Shown: positions 20,524 through 31,396, numbered from the stretch's first letter. The stretch is 64,000 bases of DNA from a virus (IMGVR_UViG_3300021431_000103:22048-86047), one strand, 5' to 3'. The notes: generated from the letters alone by a model not told the origin. Numbers and translations are program-made.

Positions 20524-21473
20524 TGAAAAATATAAAAGATTATTTTAAGAATATATTAAATGAAAGCACATTTACATTAGATAAAAACCAATTATCTAAT
20601 TATTTTGATGAATTTAATAAAAAGTATTTTAATGGTTTATTAAATAAACCAAAACTTACTATAATTAACAATCCATCAGAGAAATTTCTTGGAACCCATT
20701 CATTTAATATAGATTACATAAATGAAAAAATACAATGTAAAGAAATTATAATCAATTTAAGTAAAATTCATACAACTGATGAATTCCGAAATGTTTTAGT
20801 GCATGAAATGATACATAATTATGTTAATCTAAAAGAGCAGCCAAAACAAGCACAATGGGATTTGATTAATACTCAATTTACATTAGAAGAATTATATAAT
20901 AATAAAAATCAAAAAGAAATATATGAAATTTTAAATATAACAGAAAATCAAAAACATAAAGGACTTTGGAAGAAAATGGCGAATGATTTGAATATAAAAA
21001 ATGATGAACTTAATATAGAAGAATATAAAGGGCATTTTATCGTTGATGAAGACTATATAAAACGATATATAAATAAATTTGCTGTATATTATGTTAATCA
21101 ATCATTATTTGTTTTAGATAAAACAGATCCTTATTTTACAAAATGTAATGATTTGATAAAAAGGGGTACTTGTAAAATACCAATGTATGAAGGTGATTGG
21201 TATAAATTAGAATTAACTAAAGATCCATATCTGTTTGGCTTATTCATAAAATTTAATAATTTTACAAAAGCAAATAGATATAAATTAACTGAAACACAAT
21301 TTAAAATGTTTGAACATAATGGATGTTATACAACAAAATTCTTGGGTACAGTTAAAGTTGCATTAACTGAGCAACACAAATGGTCATTTAGAGATTTATC
21401 CTTAGAAGAAAAAAGAAAACTTACTGAATTTTCAATGGAACATCCATATATAGAAGATGAAGAATTTATTTGA
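20520..21473 (+). CDS. SprT-like Zn metalloprotease with leader
   Basis: [15 protein letters not shown], and HKGLWK. Confidence 0.75.
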   Translation: MMKNIKDYFKNILNESTFTLDKNQLSNYFDEFNKKYFNGLLNKPKLTIINNPSEKFLGTHSFNIDYINEKIQCKEIIINLSKIHTTDEFRNVLVHEMIHNYVNLKEQPKQAQWDLINTQFTLEELYNNKNQKEIYEILNITENQKHKGLWKKMANDLNIKNDELNIEEYKGHFIVDEDYIKRYINKFAVYYVNQSLFVLDKTDPYFTKCNDLIKRGTCKIPMYEGDWYKLELTKDPYLFGLFIKFNNFTKANRYKLTETQFKMFEHNGCYTTKFLGTVKVALTEQHKWSFRDLSLEEKRKLTEFSMEHPYIEDEEFI

Positions 21474-21572
21474 TGATGATGAAGATTACATTAAAACGTA
21501 TATTGAAAAATATGCTTTATATTATGTAAATGGTATTTTATATGTTTTAGATAGAAAATCAGAGTATTTTTA
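21474..21572 (+). pseudogene. Duplicated remnant of the SprT-like gene
   Basis: Translates to DEDYIKTYIEKYALYYVNGILYVLDRKSEYF, close to [31 protein letters not shown] in 20520..21473. Confidence 0.7.
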
Positions 21573-21574
21573 AT

Positions 21575-21763
21575 ATGATAGAAGAAATAAATAACCAAAT
21601 TCAAGAGTTAGAAAAACAAGTAACATACTGGAGAAGTAGAGAATTTGATATAAACCCTAAAGATTGGGATATGTTGAAGACTACTATCACTTCTCTAGAA
21701 TATGTGATTTATAATCTTCAAAAAATGAAGGTACATTATGAACAAGATACGCAGGGACATTGA
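21575..21763 (+). CDS. Small coiled-coil hypothetical protein
   Basis: 62-aa ORF overlapping the start of the next gene. Confidence 0.5.
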   Translation: MIEEINNQIQELEKQVTYWRSREFDINPKDWDMLKTTITSLEYVIYNLQKMKVHYEQDTQGH

Positions 21764-21992
21764 TAAAATAGATGACAAAATCTTCAAGTTGCTCAAAACA
21801 CGATTGAGCAAAGCCAAGAAAATTGGTGAACTTAAGAAGTATATGAAAGTCAATGTAGATGATGCTGAACGAGAACAAGAGATTTTGGGTAGATTAAATA
21901 CAGAAGAATTGTCAGTCTATAAAGATCAAATTACAGATATCTATAAAGAGATTTTCAAGCAAATGAAATTATTGGAAAACAAGAATGGATAA
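21738..21992 (+). CDS. Chorismate mutase type II (AroQ)-like domain protein
   Basis: IRRDIDKIDDKIFKLLKTR..IGELKK..DAEREQEIL pattern. Confidence 0.7.
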   Translation: MNKIRRDIDKIDDKIFKLLKTRLSKAKKIGELKKYMKVNVDDAEREQEILGRLNTEELSVYKDQITDIYKEIFKQMKLLENKNG

Positions 21993-22161
21993 GACTTATA
22001 TTTTCTTGATAAGCTATCTGGATAATGTGTGGGCAGAATCTCTTACAGAAAAGAATGAGATTGTTAAAAGTCCAAGTATAAATGAAGCCATAAGAGAAAT
22101 ACAAAAGAGATATGCTCATAAGCAAAAATTGGTAATTAGATCTGTGTACTGTGAGTGAAAT

Positions 22162-23070
22162 ATGAAAACAATTAAAGAGTATTTTAAATCTATATTAAAT
22201 GAAAATAATACTTCATTTGAATTAACTAAAGCTGTTGCTTTGAAAGGATTTAAAGAATTCAATGATAAGTATTTTGGCGGGCAATTAAAACCAATAAAAA
22301 TAGAATTGGTAGAAGATGTAAAAGAAGATTATGGTGATTTTATTTTTGGTATTGATTATATAAATCAAAATATAAAAAGCATATCAATAACATTAAATAA
22401 AGAAAAAATCCATTCATATGAAGAATTTAGAAATATATTAGTTCATGAAATGGTACATTATTATGTTAATGAACAATATAAACCCGATAAAACAATATGG
22501 GATTGTTTATTAATAGATGAACCTGTATCTGAAAAATTGGAAATATTGGGTATATCAGATAATATGAATCATAAAGGAAAATGGAAAATGATGGCAGATA
22601 AACTTACACAAAATTATGATGAATTATTCATAGAAACCAAAAAAGAAGATTTTGAATTAACTGAAGATTTTATAAAAAACTATAAAAAGAACCATAAAAT
22701 TTATTTTATAAATGATAATCTATTTGTATTGAAAATAGGTAGCGAAAAATATAATTTGATGCAAAAGTACATAAAAACTGGTAAATGTAAATTACCAAAT
22801 TATACCGGTGATTTGTATGAATTAATTATAGATGAAGATATACAGCATTTTGATTACTTTATTTTGTATTTAAAACACTATAATGAAGGAATCTATAATA
22901 TGAAGAAAATAACAATAGATAGATTACATCATGAAAATTATTTTGAAATGAAATTCATTTGTAGTATAGTAACAGATATAGATGAAAACATTAATTCTAA
23001 TAAATTAACAGATCAACCAAAAGAAATTTTAGAAGAATTAAATATATTATATAGGAATCTTTCAATGTAA
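22162..23070 (+). CDS. SprT-like Zn metalloprotease with leader (paralog)
   Basis: FNDKYFGG, LVHEMVH, HKGKWK. Confidence 0.75.
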   Translation: MKTIKEYFKSILNENNTSFELTKAVALKGFKEFNDKYFGGQLKPIKIELVEDVKEDYGDFIFGIDYINQNIKSISITLNKEKIHSYEEFRNILVHEMVHYYVNEQYKPDKTIWDCLLIDEPVSEKLEILGISDNMNHKGKWKMMADKLTQNYDELFIETKKEDFELTEDFIKNYKKNHKIYFINDNLFVLKIGSEKYNLMQKYIKTGKCKLPNYTGDLYELIIDEDIQHFDYFILYLKHYNEGIYNMKKITIDRLHHENYFEMKFICSIVTDIDENINSNKLTDQPKEILEELNILYRNLSM

Positions 23071-23153
23071 GTTCAAAAAAATAATAAAACTATAACTAAC
23101 AAAATAGATTTGTTATATTTGGTATAACAAATTAAACACAAAAGGAAAAAATC

Positions 23154-23924
23154 ATGATTAAAGAAATGAAATATAATGATAAGTTTATCTCTCTTATGAG
23201 CGAACTTGCAGCCATCAATCCACAATTGATTTTCAAGAAGAAGGAAGATGATGCAGATACACTATCTGTGCGTGCAATAGCCCCGGATAAATCCGTAGTG
23301 TATTTCCTAGAAGCCCCAAAGGACTATTTTGAATTTGATAGTAATTCTTTCTCTGTTATTGATTTTAACAGACTTGTAAGCTACTACAATGTATTCAACA
23401 ACCCCAATAGCGACCCAAAGCTCAATGAAATTCCACTAATGAGTATTGAATACAACAATGACCAGTGTGAAGAATCTGTTGTACTTCATATCAAGAGTTC
23501 TTTGAGAAATGCAAGTATGAAGCATCGTTTGGCTAATGAAGATGTGATTACAAAGCCAACCTTCTCAAAGGTCAAGTTCCCATCTGTGGATGCTGTTGTA
23601 AATTTGACAGAAGAACAGCAGAAGACCATAAATGCTAGATTGAAGTTGATTGGTGCAGACAGAATGAAATATGCTTTCAATGGTGATACATTGACATTGA
23701 CATTGTTCACCACAAAGACTGGTGATACTTATTCCGAAGATTTCCAGCTTGAAAATGCTGTAACAGAGAATTTTGAGTTGGTTACACCAGCAACAGGATT
23801 TGCTCTATTGCCAGTAGGAAACTTCAAGGTTAATGTGTCTAAGGCCGGTATTATGGAATTCAAGCAGATACGAGATGATGCCATTGACTTGAGCCTATAC
23901 ATCGCCAAGGCAAAGAATGACTAA
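23154..23924 (+). CDS. 45: DNA polymerase sliding clamp (T4 gp45-like)
   Basis: 256 aa; LAAINPQLIF, F.VIDFNRL.., LPVGNFKVNVSK.G pattern typical of gp45. Confidence 0.75.
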   Translation: MIKEMKYNDKFISLMSELAAINPQLIFKKKEDDADTLSVRAIAPDKSVVYFLEAPKDYFEFDSNSFSVIDFNRLVSYYNVFNNPNSDPKLNEIPLMSIEYNNDQCEESVVLHIKSSLRNASMKHRLANEDVITKPTFSKVKFPSVDAVVNLTEEQQKTINARLKLIGADRMKYAFNGDTLTLTLFTTKTGDTYSEDFQLENAVTENFELVTPATGFALLPVGNFKVNVSKAGIMEFKQIRDDAIDLSLYIAKAKND

Positions 23925-23934
23925 TTGTATAGAA

Positions 23935-23965
23935 TAGAAGCTACTTCAATGTAGCTTCTTCTATA
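23935..23965 (+). terminator. Intrinsic terminator hairpin
   Basis: AGAAGCTAC-ttcaat-GTAGCTTCT after the clamp gene. Confidence 0.6.
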
Positions 23966-23987
23966 TATTTTTTAGAAGAATTAAATT

Positions 23988-24257
23988 ATGAAAAATTTTA
24001 GACAATATATAGGCGAAGCACATTTAAAAGATGATGATGACTATGAATTTGAATTAACTGAAGAAAAACTTGAGCAGTATTTTTATATTTTTAATGATAA
24101 GTATTTTAATAATAAATTAAAAGGATTAAAATTTAATGTAGTCCATTTTAATAAAAATTTAAGAAATGATGCTATTGGTTATTTAAATATAACATTAAAT
24201 TTTGAAAATGAAACTATAATTTGTAATAGTATTAATATAAATGAAGATCTGTTTTAA
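23988..24257 (+). pseudogene. Truncated SprT-like paralog lacking HExxH
   Basis: FNDKYFNNKL..IIC.SININ matches the N-half of the two paralogs, then TAA. Confidence 0.6.
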
Positions 24258-24265
24258 GGTAATAT

Positions 24266-24589
24266 ATGGCATACGTTGTTAAATATCATCAGCAAAATAG
24301 AGTAAAAGAATTACCAACAGTATTCAATGATGAATCTACTGGTATGGAAATTTTTGTTAGAACTATAATCAAAGAAAAACTTGAAAAAGGAATATCCAAG
24401 GAAGAAATAGTCAAAGAACTTAAACTATTGGAAGTATCTGAAGAAAATAAGAAAAAATGTCTTGAAGTAATCAAGGAAGAACTTGGTGAAGAAGGAACAG
24501 TTTTAGTCCACAACTATTTTGACTTCAATACAGAATCATGGAAATCCAATCAAGACGATGTTGGAAATTTTGAGGAATTTTTCGCATGA
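24266..24589 (+). CDS. Hypothetical protein
   Basis: 107-aa ORF, AAGGT upstream. Confidence 0.6.
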   Translation: MAYVVKYHQQNRVKELPTVFNDESTGMEIFVRTIIKEKLEKGISKEEIVKELKLLEVSEENKKKCLEVIKEELGEEGTVLVHNYFDFNTESWKSNQDDVGNFEEFFA

Positions 24590-24787
24590 GAAAACTTACT
24601 TTCATTACTTGGATGAATGAATCTGGTTTAAGCAATTATTATGAAGAACTGGACAAACGAAAAGAATACCATTTAAAAGGAGAACCAAATGTTCGTGTTA
24701 ATAGCAATAGTTTTCACAATAGCAATAGTCTACGCAAGCTACGTACAAGTCCACGGCGAAAAGAAGCCAAAAGATAAAGAAGATTAA
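24586..24787 (+). CDS. Small protein with leader; in-frame CGG 24754 (stop at 24777 if read as Arg, 24787 if shifted)
   Basis: MRKLTFITWMNES; shifted end SP-G-EKKPKDKED. Confidence 0.5.
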
Positions 24788-24850
24788 TTTAATTACATTT
24801 GAATTCAAGAAGGATTGGAAAACAGTCCTTCTTTTGCTATATTTCTCATT

Positions 24851-25411
24851 ATGACTGGAGAAGATTTCATAAAAATTTGTGATAATATAGAGAAATCTAT
24901 AGATGGTTTTAAATACCCTACAAAGCCACAGATTGTATTGAATAGTAGAAATAGTGTGACATTTGAAACTTCTGTTATTACAAATAAAGGTTTTGGATTC
25001 ATTAAAAAAGACTACCACGAAACACTTTTTAGCCAATACATTTATTCTATAAATGGTTTATATACTGACGAATATAGATTCATTCTAGTTGATTTGGATT
25101 TTAAAGAAGAAGTAATCTATTACTATCCAGACTTATATTTGAAAAAGCATGATAATTGGGTAGGAACAATGAAAGGTGGAATGGTCTATAAAATATGTGG
25201 AGAATACATAAAAGTTCCATTTTCAAAATTCAAAACAAATGAACAGATAGAAAAATTCTGTATTCTACACTTCAATAAAATTAAAAAGAAATATGAAGAT
25301 CTAGTCATTCAACAAAAAGAAGAAAACAAAGATTTTTGGAATGAATTTGATAGAAAAGAAAAGATTAAACAAATTAACAAGAAAATAAAAGTATTGAACA
25401 AGGACTTCTAA
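24851..25411 (+). CDS. Hypothetical protein, C-terminal DF
   Basis: Ends IKVLNKDF; ATG 24851 preferred over TTG 24815. Confidence 0.55.
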   Translation: MTGEDFIKICDNIEKSIDGFKYPTKPQIVLNSRNSVTFETSVITNKGFGFIKKDYHETLFSQYIYSINGLYTDEYRFILVDLDFKEEVIYYYPDLYLKKHDNWVGTMKGGMVYKICGEYIKVPFSKFKTNEQIEKFCILHFNKIKKKYEDLVIQQKEENKDFWNEFDRKEKIKQINKKIKVLNKDF

Positions 25412-25426
25412 TAAATAGAGTGTAAT

Positions 25427-25714
25427 ATGATAGGTACGATTTGTTGGCTATTTGGTATAATTGGTGCAGCAGCATTTGCTATAAATTTAGCACCACAAGT
25501 AATAAAATGTTATAAAGAAAAATCTGCCAATCAGATTTCAAGAGGGTTTCTTGTATTGGCCTTTGTTGGTAATCTGTGTTCAGCAGTATTTGTATTCTAT
25601 ACGAATTATGTTACTGGATTATGGCAAATACCAATCTATTTTAACTATGGTATTGCTACTTTATTAACAATTATTTTGACAATTATGAAGGTTAAGTATG
25701 ACAAAGATAAATAG
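25427..25714 (+). CDS. PQ-loop / SemiSWEET-like membrane protein
   Basis: Three hydrophobic helices, LAPQVIKCYKEKSA..IS motif. Confidence 0.8.
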   Translation: MIGTICWLFGIIGAAAFAINLAPQVIKCYKEKSANQISRGFLVLAFVGNLCSAVFVFYTNYVTGLWQIPIYFNYGIATLLTIILTIMKVKYDKDK

Positions 25715-26854
25715 ATTCCTTAACATTTTAATTCCACGGAATCTTCTTGCCAACTTGTCTTGGCACAGTTTATAACTATTCCCAATATGCTAAAAACATA
25801 ATGGAATGGTTTGATATAAGTAAATTCTCAACTGACATTGGTTTTACTTTAATCATTTTCTTCCTGGGTATGGGTGCTGCCACTTTTGGTAGAATGGTAG
25901 AACTTAACCCTAAACGAATGGCTTGTATCAGTACCATATTGTTCTTTATTGGTATGATACTTGTTTTCTGTTCGCTCCAATTCCACTTGTTGCCACTGTA
26001 TTATGTTGGATGCTCCTTTATGGGTTGTGGTACTGGTATTGGTTATGTTTCACCGATTAAGCAACTGCTCAGTAATTTCGCAGATCATAAGGGGTTAGCA
26101 TCTGGTTTGGCTATTACTGGTTTTGGATTGGGTAAGTTCGTAGCTGCTCCAGCCATTGAGTATTTACTTACGGCGGTATCTCTACCTACTATGTTCCTTG
26201 TCCTTGCTGGGACATTCCTGCTCATTATGAGTGTATGTTCGTGGTTGTTTAGACCAAATCCAGCGTTCATTTCTACGGTCTATACTGCTATCCCTATTAA
26301 GACCCTAGTTAAGTACACATTCCTAACAAAGCAATACATTTCTGTATGGTTAATGTTCTGTATTAACATATCCTGTGGTTTGGCAATTATTTCACAGGAG
26401 AAAGGATTGTTGACTGGTCTTGGATTTACTGAGATTGCTTTGATTATGAGCTTGACTGCCATATTCAACATATTGGGTAGATTTGGTATGAGCACAGCTA
26501 GTGATTCCATAGGGAGAAAAGCAGCATATCATTGGGTATGTTCATTGGGTATACTTGCATCCTTCATGATCTTCACACAGTATGCTTGGCTGGCTCTGAT
26601 AGGCATTCTAATGGTAGAATTTGCTTACGGGCGGAAACTTTTCCTGCTTACCAAGTCTATTGGCAAAACGATTTGGTGATTCATGTGTATCTACAGTCCA
26701 TGCGATGACTTTGTCTGGCTGGGGAATAGCAGGTATAATAGGTCCTGTCCTAGCAAATGTGTTTACTGGTTCTGACTTGTATTTGGTAATGGGTGGATTG
26801 TACTTGTTTGGATTTGCTATGATGACTTTGTTTGTAAAGAAAGATAACAGTTAA
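25698..26854 (+). CDS. MFS transporter, oxalate/formate antiporter (OFA)-like, two +1 shifts at CGG 25737 and 26632; 384 aa
   Basis: Repair gives MTKINRFLNILIP-G-IFLPTCLGTVY and FAYG-G-NFSCLPS; GTGIGYVSP, F.DHKGLASGLAI.GFGLG, SDSIGRK motifs. Confidence 0.85.
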
Positions 26855-26922
26855 ATTGTGATACAAAATATAATGCGATGGTTATTGACTAATTCAATAA
26901 CCATTTTTATTTTTACTACACT

Positions 26923-27150
26923 ATGAACCATATTAAAATAACAACAAAAGATTCTTGTGGAATTGTCAAGAATTATGTAAGTCTTAATTCAATTGAAAGT
27001 TTTTCAAGTATTCAAGATACACAAATAACAATCAACACCAAAACAGGGCACCAATTCATCATTAACAAGAAATTTTCTACTGTTGAATATGGAAATATAA
27101 CATTGAATTTTGATGAAATAGTGGATTTAATTTGTAGCAAAATGGAGTAG
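26923..27150 (+). CDS. Hypothetical protein
   Basis: 75-aa ORF after a hairpin at about 26878-26905. Confidence 0.5.
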   Translation: MNHIKITTKDSCGIVKNYVSLNSIESFSSIQDTQITINTKTGHQFIINKKFSTVEYGNITLNFDEIVDLICSKME

Positions 27151-27152
27151 TT

Positions 27153-28355
27153 ATGTTCATCAACAAACAATTAGATGATGATTTGAAAAAATACATTGAT
27201 GGAATAGATTGGACTGATACAGTTCCAGATACAGACAAAAATAAATACCAGACTGATACAGAATTTGTCATTAAATACAAAGAAGATCTATACAATAAGT
27301 ATTCTGTAGAAATTGAAGATCTCATTAACAAGGTGACAGAGCCATTCAAGAAGAAAGGTTTTATAGTTGCTCTATATACAAAGAGCATGGGTGATTGGAT
27401 ATGGAGCAAATCAGATACAAACAAATTTTGTTACTTGTCTTATAACATTAAATACACCAATGATATAAAAACAAATCCATTTGATATGGATATACGATTT
27501 GTTGCTGAAAAGAATTTTAATAAAATAGATTTGAATTGGTTTATATGCAGTCCAAGAAGACTAAAGTATAAAAATAGTTTGAGATATGCTTGTGATACGT
27601 ATTGTAATAGCAAGCTATTTACCACACGAGGATTTAGAAGATATGGTTATCAGACATACAAGTATACTGGTGATTTGATTGACTGGTATAAAATTGATGG
27701 TTATGCTGATGAAATTATAAAGCATTTGAATAAGTCCATTATAGAATTAAAGAACAAGCACGAAACAATACAAAAACAAGTAAAAATAAAGGAAAAATTA
27801 AGAAAAATCCAATTTGATGATGTATATTGTGCTGTATCAGAGATTAACTCAAATATAAAAGACATTAATGTAAAATTTTTAATTCAAGAATACTATGATT
27901 TTGACAGAGTTGATACACCGATTCAATTCAATCTACAATTGTCAAACAATCCAGAACAACAAAGAGAAGATCTATATGTAGATGACCATAAAGAAATTCT
28001 TTTGGAAGATGTTTTACAATATGGTATGTCAAAACAAGAATATGAAGAAAAGAAAAAACTTGTGGAAGCCAACAAAATAAAACTATTTTCTTATCTATTT
28101 GGTGGAGCACAATACTCTAGGTCAAAATACAGAATTACTATAAAATACAATGGTAAGAATGAAAAACATTGGTCATTGGATTTATATAATTGGAATATGA
28201 CATCTGAATCATTCAAAATTCTATATGGTGAACAGATAACAGACTTCGTAGACATTGATGAACTAAAGAACTACTTGTTGAAAATTATAAAAATAGACAA
28301 TGAATTGTATAATAAAACCACGCAATGGCTAGAAGATGCTCATAGAAATTCCTAA
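27153..28355 (+). CDS. Hypothetical protein
   Basis: 400-aa ORF. Confidence 0.65.
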   Translation: MFINKQLDDDLKKYIDGIDWTDTVPDTDKNKYQTDTEFVIKYKEDLYNKYSVEIEDLINKVTEPFKKKGFIVALYTKSMGDWIWSKSDTNKFCYLSYNIKYTNDIKTNPFDMDIRFVAEKNFNKIDLNWFICSPRRLKYKNSLRYACDTYCNSKLFTTRGFRRYGYQTYKYTGDLIDWYKIDGYADEIIKHLNKSIIELKNKHETIQKQVKIKEKLRKIQFDDVYCAVSEINSNIKDINVKFLIQEYYDFDRVDTPIQFNLQLSNNPEQQREDLYVDDHKEILLEDVLQYGMSKQEYEEKKKLVEANKIKLFSYLFGGAQYSRSKYRITIKYNGKNEKHWSLDLYNWNMTSESFKILYGEQITDFVDIDELKNYLLKIIKIDNELYNKTTQWLEDAHRNS

Positions 28356-28788
28356 AGAAAAACTTGAAGAAGCACGAAAGTTATTCAAAAATCAGAGAAG
28401 GATTTTCAATAAGATCCAAATTTTTGCAAGCAAGTATGCACTGAATCGCTGTAAAGAAGACATGAACGAATTGTCAAAACTAGGTGTATTCTGTGTTGAA
28501 TTGAACTATTGGATATATGGCGAAGATTATTCTACCATTGATTTTTGGGTTGATGTAATTCCTAGAGAAGACATGAGAGAAATCCGAAAAAGGGATTACA
28601 AATTGACTGATTTTATCTATCATTCACATTTGTTCTTTGAAATTCCTGTTGTGAATATGTTTACTGAAGAACAAATAAAGAAATGGCAAGACTATTGTCT
28701 AAGGACCTTAGCAAAAGCCGCCATCTTCAATAAGAAGAAAGCGGCCCAATGGTTAAAAATCAAGAATCTATCTAGCGATTTTGATTAA
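28336..28788 (+). CDS. Hypothetical protein, C-terminal DF-type motif
   Basis: Ends KIKNLSSDFD. Confidence 0.6.
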   Translation: MLIEIPKEKLEEARKLFKNQRRIFNKIQIFASKYALNRCKEDMNELSKLGVFCVELNYWIYGEDYSTIDFWVDVIPREDMREIRKRDYKLTDFIYHSHLFFEIPVVNMFTEEQIKKWQDYCLRTLAKAAIFNKKKAAQWLKIKNLSSDFD

Positions 28789-29345
28789 TCAAGTTCCATG
28801 TATACTTCTGCAGGATACTTGTAATCTGGTGCAGTCTTCAGCCATGACTTCAACTGTCTAAGCACAGAAATCAACTGGTATGTGTTCCATTTTACACTAC
28901 CGATGTCTTCTGTATATAAGTTTGCTGGGTCATAACCATCAACACCATAAGTATAAAGTTGTTCCATTGGTGTTAGATGGTAGAAGTGGAATCTACCAGC
29001 AGAAAGGTCACTAATGGTCCTTTCTATATCTTCCTTAGCCCTTTTCTTATCGTGACACAATTCTCTTTTTATTACTTGAAGCAATGGTGTCCAGGATGTC
29101 TTGTTTTTCTCGTTCTCAAATTGAGCATAGGAATTCATCATTTCATCAATCTCAATGAATCTGTTAATGTTCAATACAAGCCACAATCTCAATAGTTGAG
29201 GTATTAGACGGATGTTCTTTCCTTTTCCAAATCTATCAAGTTCTTCACGGGTAAACTTGGTCTTGAAATTTTTCATTCTCTTATTATAATTCTCTAGCCT
29301 TTCAGCATAGGTTTTCTTTTTCTTTGCCATGTTCGTTTTCTCCAT
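28785..29345 (-). CDS. Hypothetical protein (minus strand)
   Basis: 186-aa ORF convergent with 28336..28788; no long + strand ORF competes. Confidence 0.65.
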   Translation of the reverse strand: MEKTNMAKKKKTYAERLENYNKRMKNFKTKFTREELDRFGKGKNIRLIPQLLRLWLVLNINRFIEIDEMMNSYAQFENEKNKTSWTPLLQVIKRELCHDKKRAKEDIERTISDLSAGRFHFYHLTPMEQLYTYGVDGYDPANLYTEDIGSVKWNTYQLISVLRQLKSWLKTAPDYKYPAEVYMELD

Positions 29346-29464
29346 TAAAATAACAGTTAGATTTTGCTAACTGGCGTGGGTTAATTTAAAGTTCAATCAT
29401 TAAACATTATCTATTACATTTAATGTTGAAACATTGTGTATAAAAACTATATTTGTATGTATAT

Positions 29465-29917
29465 ATGATTTTCATAGAAATTTATCAAGATCAGACATAT
29501 TTTCAAAAAGCATTGGATGGCAACACATTCAAAATCACAAAATTGTTATTTGAAAAACCAACAAGTTATCAATCTGGACAATATGAACCATTAGAATGTC
29601 ACAGAGAAGTCACATTTACAATAAAAACAGATACGAATGATGAAGAAAACATCCATTTAGATTTAGGTTATATGGATTATAGCACATACAGAAAATCGTT
29701 AAATACAGACACAGATGAAAGGACAGTGTATTTGAAGAGATTTGTTTTGTGTAGCGATAATGATAGCATTGTTTATGATGGAATGAATCAAAATATGAAT
29801 GCTTTGGAAAATCTAGAAAAAGATTTATTAAAGAGAACTGACTATATCCACCAGAGAATCATGAAAGAAATAGAATCTAGCTACAAAATACAGAAAATAG
29901 AAGAGCAATTCAAATAG
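29465..29917 (+). CDS. Hypothetical protein
   Basis: Ends KIQKIEEQFK. Confidence 0.55.
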   Translation: MIFIEIYQDQTYFQKALDGNTFKITKLLFEKPTSYQSGQYEPLECHREVTFTIKTDTNDEENIHLDLGYMDYSTYRKSLNTDTDERTVYLKRFVLCSDNDSIVYDGMNQNMNALENLEKDLLKRTDYIHQRIMKEIESSYKIQKIEEQFK

Positions 29918-30114
29918 TGGATTCCTGCGAAGATCTTCTCAAGTACGTCTCAGTTAGATAGAAAACTATAAACTACATTACAAATGAAAAATCTCGTTTA
30001 AAGGCCACTTACTGTGGCCTTATTGTGTAAACAAAATTTTACATAAAAATATGGTTTAAATGTTGCCAAAATGTGCAGTTTTAACTATATTTAATGGTAA
30101 AAGAGGTTTAATAA

Positions 30115-30456
30115 ATGGTTTATAGCGATAAATGGAATTGGCGGTTCAAAGAAATCATTAACCAACATCCTATAATGTGGCATCCAAATGAATTGGAAAA
30201 GCAGTCTGCATACTTTGTACCTAGGAAAATGAGTGATTTGATAGATAAAGCATTTCCTGTTCATTGCAAGGAATATAGGAAAATTATCGGGCCAATGTTC
30301 AATTATCTACAGGGTTACACGAAATCTGTTAGTGGCTATAAGCACTACACAAGAACAGACCTTAAGATTTGTTTGAAACTAATGGATAAGTATATGTTGC
30401 TCTACAAGAATCTGCTCAGTAAACAGAAGATCTCTGCCATTGAAAAGGATTTTTAA
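30115..30456 (+). CDS. Hypothetical protein; only gene whose in-frame CGG (30142) appears to be read as Arg
   Basis: GAGG upstream; ends KISAIEKDF; a +1 shift would stop after 10 codons. Confidence 0.55.
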   Translation: MVYSDKWNWRFKEIINQHPIMWHPNELEKQSAYFVPRKMSDLIDKAFPVHCKEYRKIIGPMFNYLQGYTKSVSGYKHYTRTDLKICLKLMDKYMLLYKNLLSKQKISAIEKDF

Positions 30457-30458
30457 AT

Positions 30459-30884
30459 ATGGAAATTACACGAAAAAATCTTGATGGGATTATTAAGACT
30501 GGAAATCTATATTTTCAGGTTCCAGCCAAATTCAGAGAAGGACTAATTCCCATTGATAGTTATAGAAAACTCATCAAGATAGCCAAGAAAAATAGAGAAT
30601 CTGATCTTATTGAAGATTTTAGCGAGATTTTCACTTATTGGGATGAAACTAGAAAGAAACCATTGTTTGATATATTTGTTTCATCTGACCCATTCATCAC
30701 AACATATGAATTAAGCGATTTTTCTCTATGTGGGATGTATTGGCTAGAAGATGGAAATAGACTTAGTCCTGGTATGGAAAATTTTGGCTATACATTTGGT
30801 GTAGAGTTTCCAAAGAACATGGATTTGGAAAAATACGCCATAAACAACTACAATGTGGCGAAAGCAGGTCTAGATTTTGTCTAG
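30459..30884 (+). CDS. Hypothetical protein
   Basis: 141-aa ORF. Confidence 0.6.
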   Translation: MEITRKNLDGIIKTGNLYFQVPAKFREGLIPIDSYRKLIKIAKKNRESDLIEDFSEIFTYWDETRKKPLFDIFVSSDPFITTYELSDFSLCGMYWLEDGNRLSPGMENFGYTFGVEFPKNMDLEKYAINNYNVAKAGLDFV

Positions 30885-30958
30885 ATAGCTATAATTTTTT
30901 AAAAATTGTGCTATAATTGGTGGCTTGTTTAAAGCCACCAATTTTTTATAAATATAAT

Positions 30959-31396
30959 ATGCGATTTGAACAATTTATCAACGAAAATTACGAAGCAATG
31001 GAAGAACAATGGAACAAGGACATCAAGGAGATATATTCCTGGGTGAAGTCCTTGGAAAATGACCATGTTCTAATAGAATACAGAAAGCAAAACAATAGAT
31101 GTCTACAGATTACATACAAGACAGAAACTGCCGAATACCCAATCTTGGATTTGGAAGATATATTCTTGACACCAGACTATGTCAGAATTCTAGATGCAGA
31201 TGGAGAACCATTGATTAGTAGATTGGATTTTACAGAATACACAATTACTTTGGATGAGAAGAAATACACGAAAAACTACGAATTGAAGGTCAAACAGTGG
31301 AAACAGTCCGAATTACAGAAGTTGTCATTGAATGATTTGAAAAAGAAGATTACAGATAGCATTAAACAGGTGGACTTATTTGCGAGGAAGAAATAA
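30959..31396 (+). CDS. Late protein with capsid-targeting-like leader
   Basis: MRFEQFINEN; TATAAATA just upstream. Confidence 0.6.
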   Translation: MRFEQFINENYEAMEEQWNKDIKEIYSWVKSLENDHVLIEYRKQNNRCLQITYKTETAEYPILDLEDIFLTPDYVRILDADGEPLISRLDFTEYTITLDEKKYTKNYELKVKQWKQSELQKLSLNDLKKKITDSIKQVDLFARKK

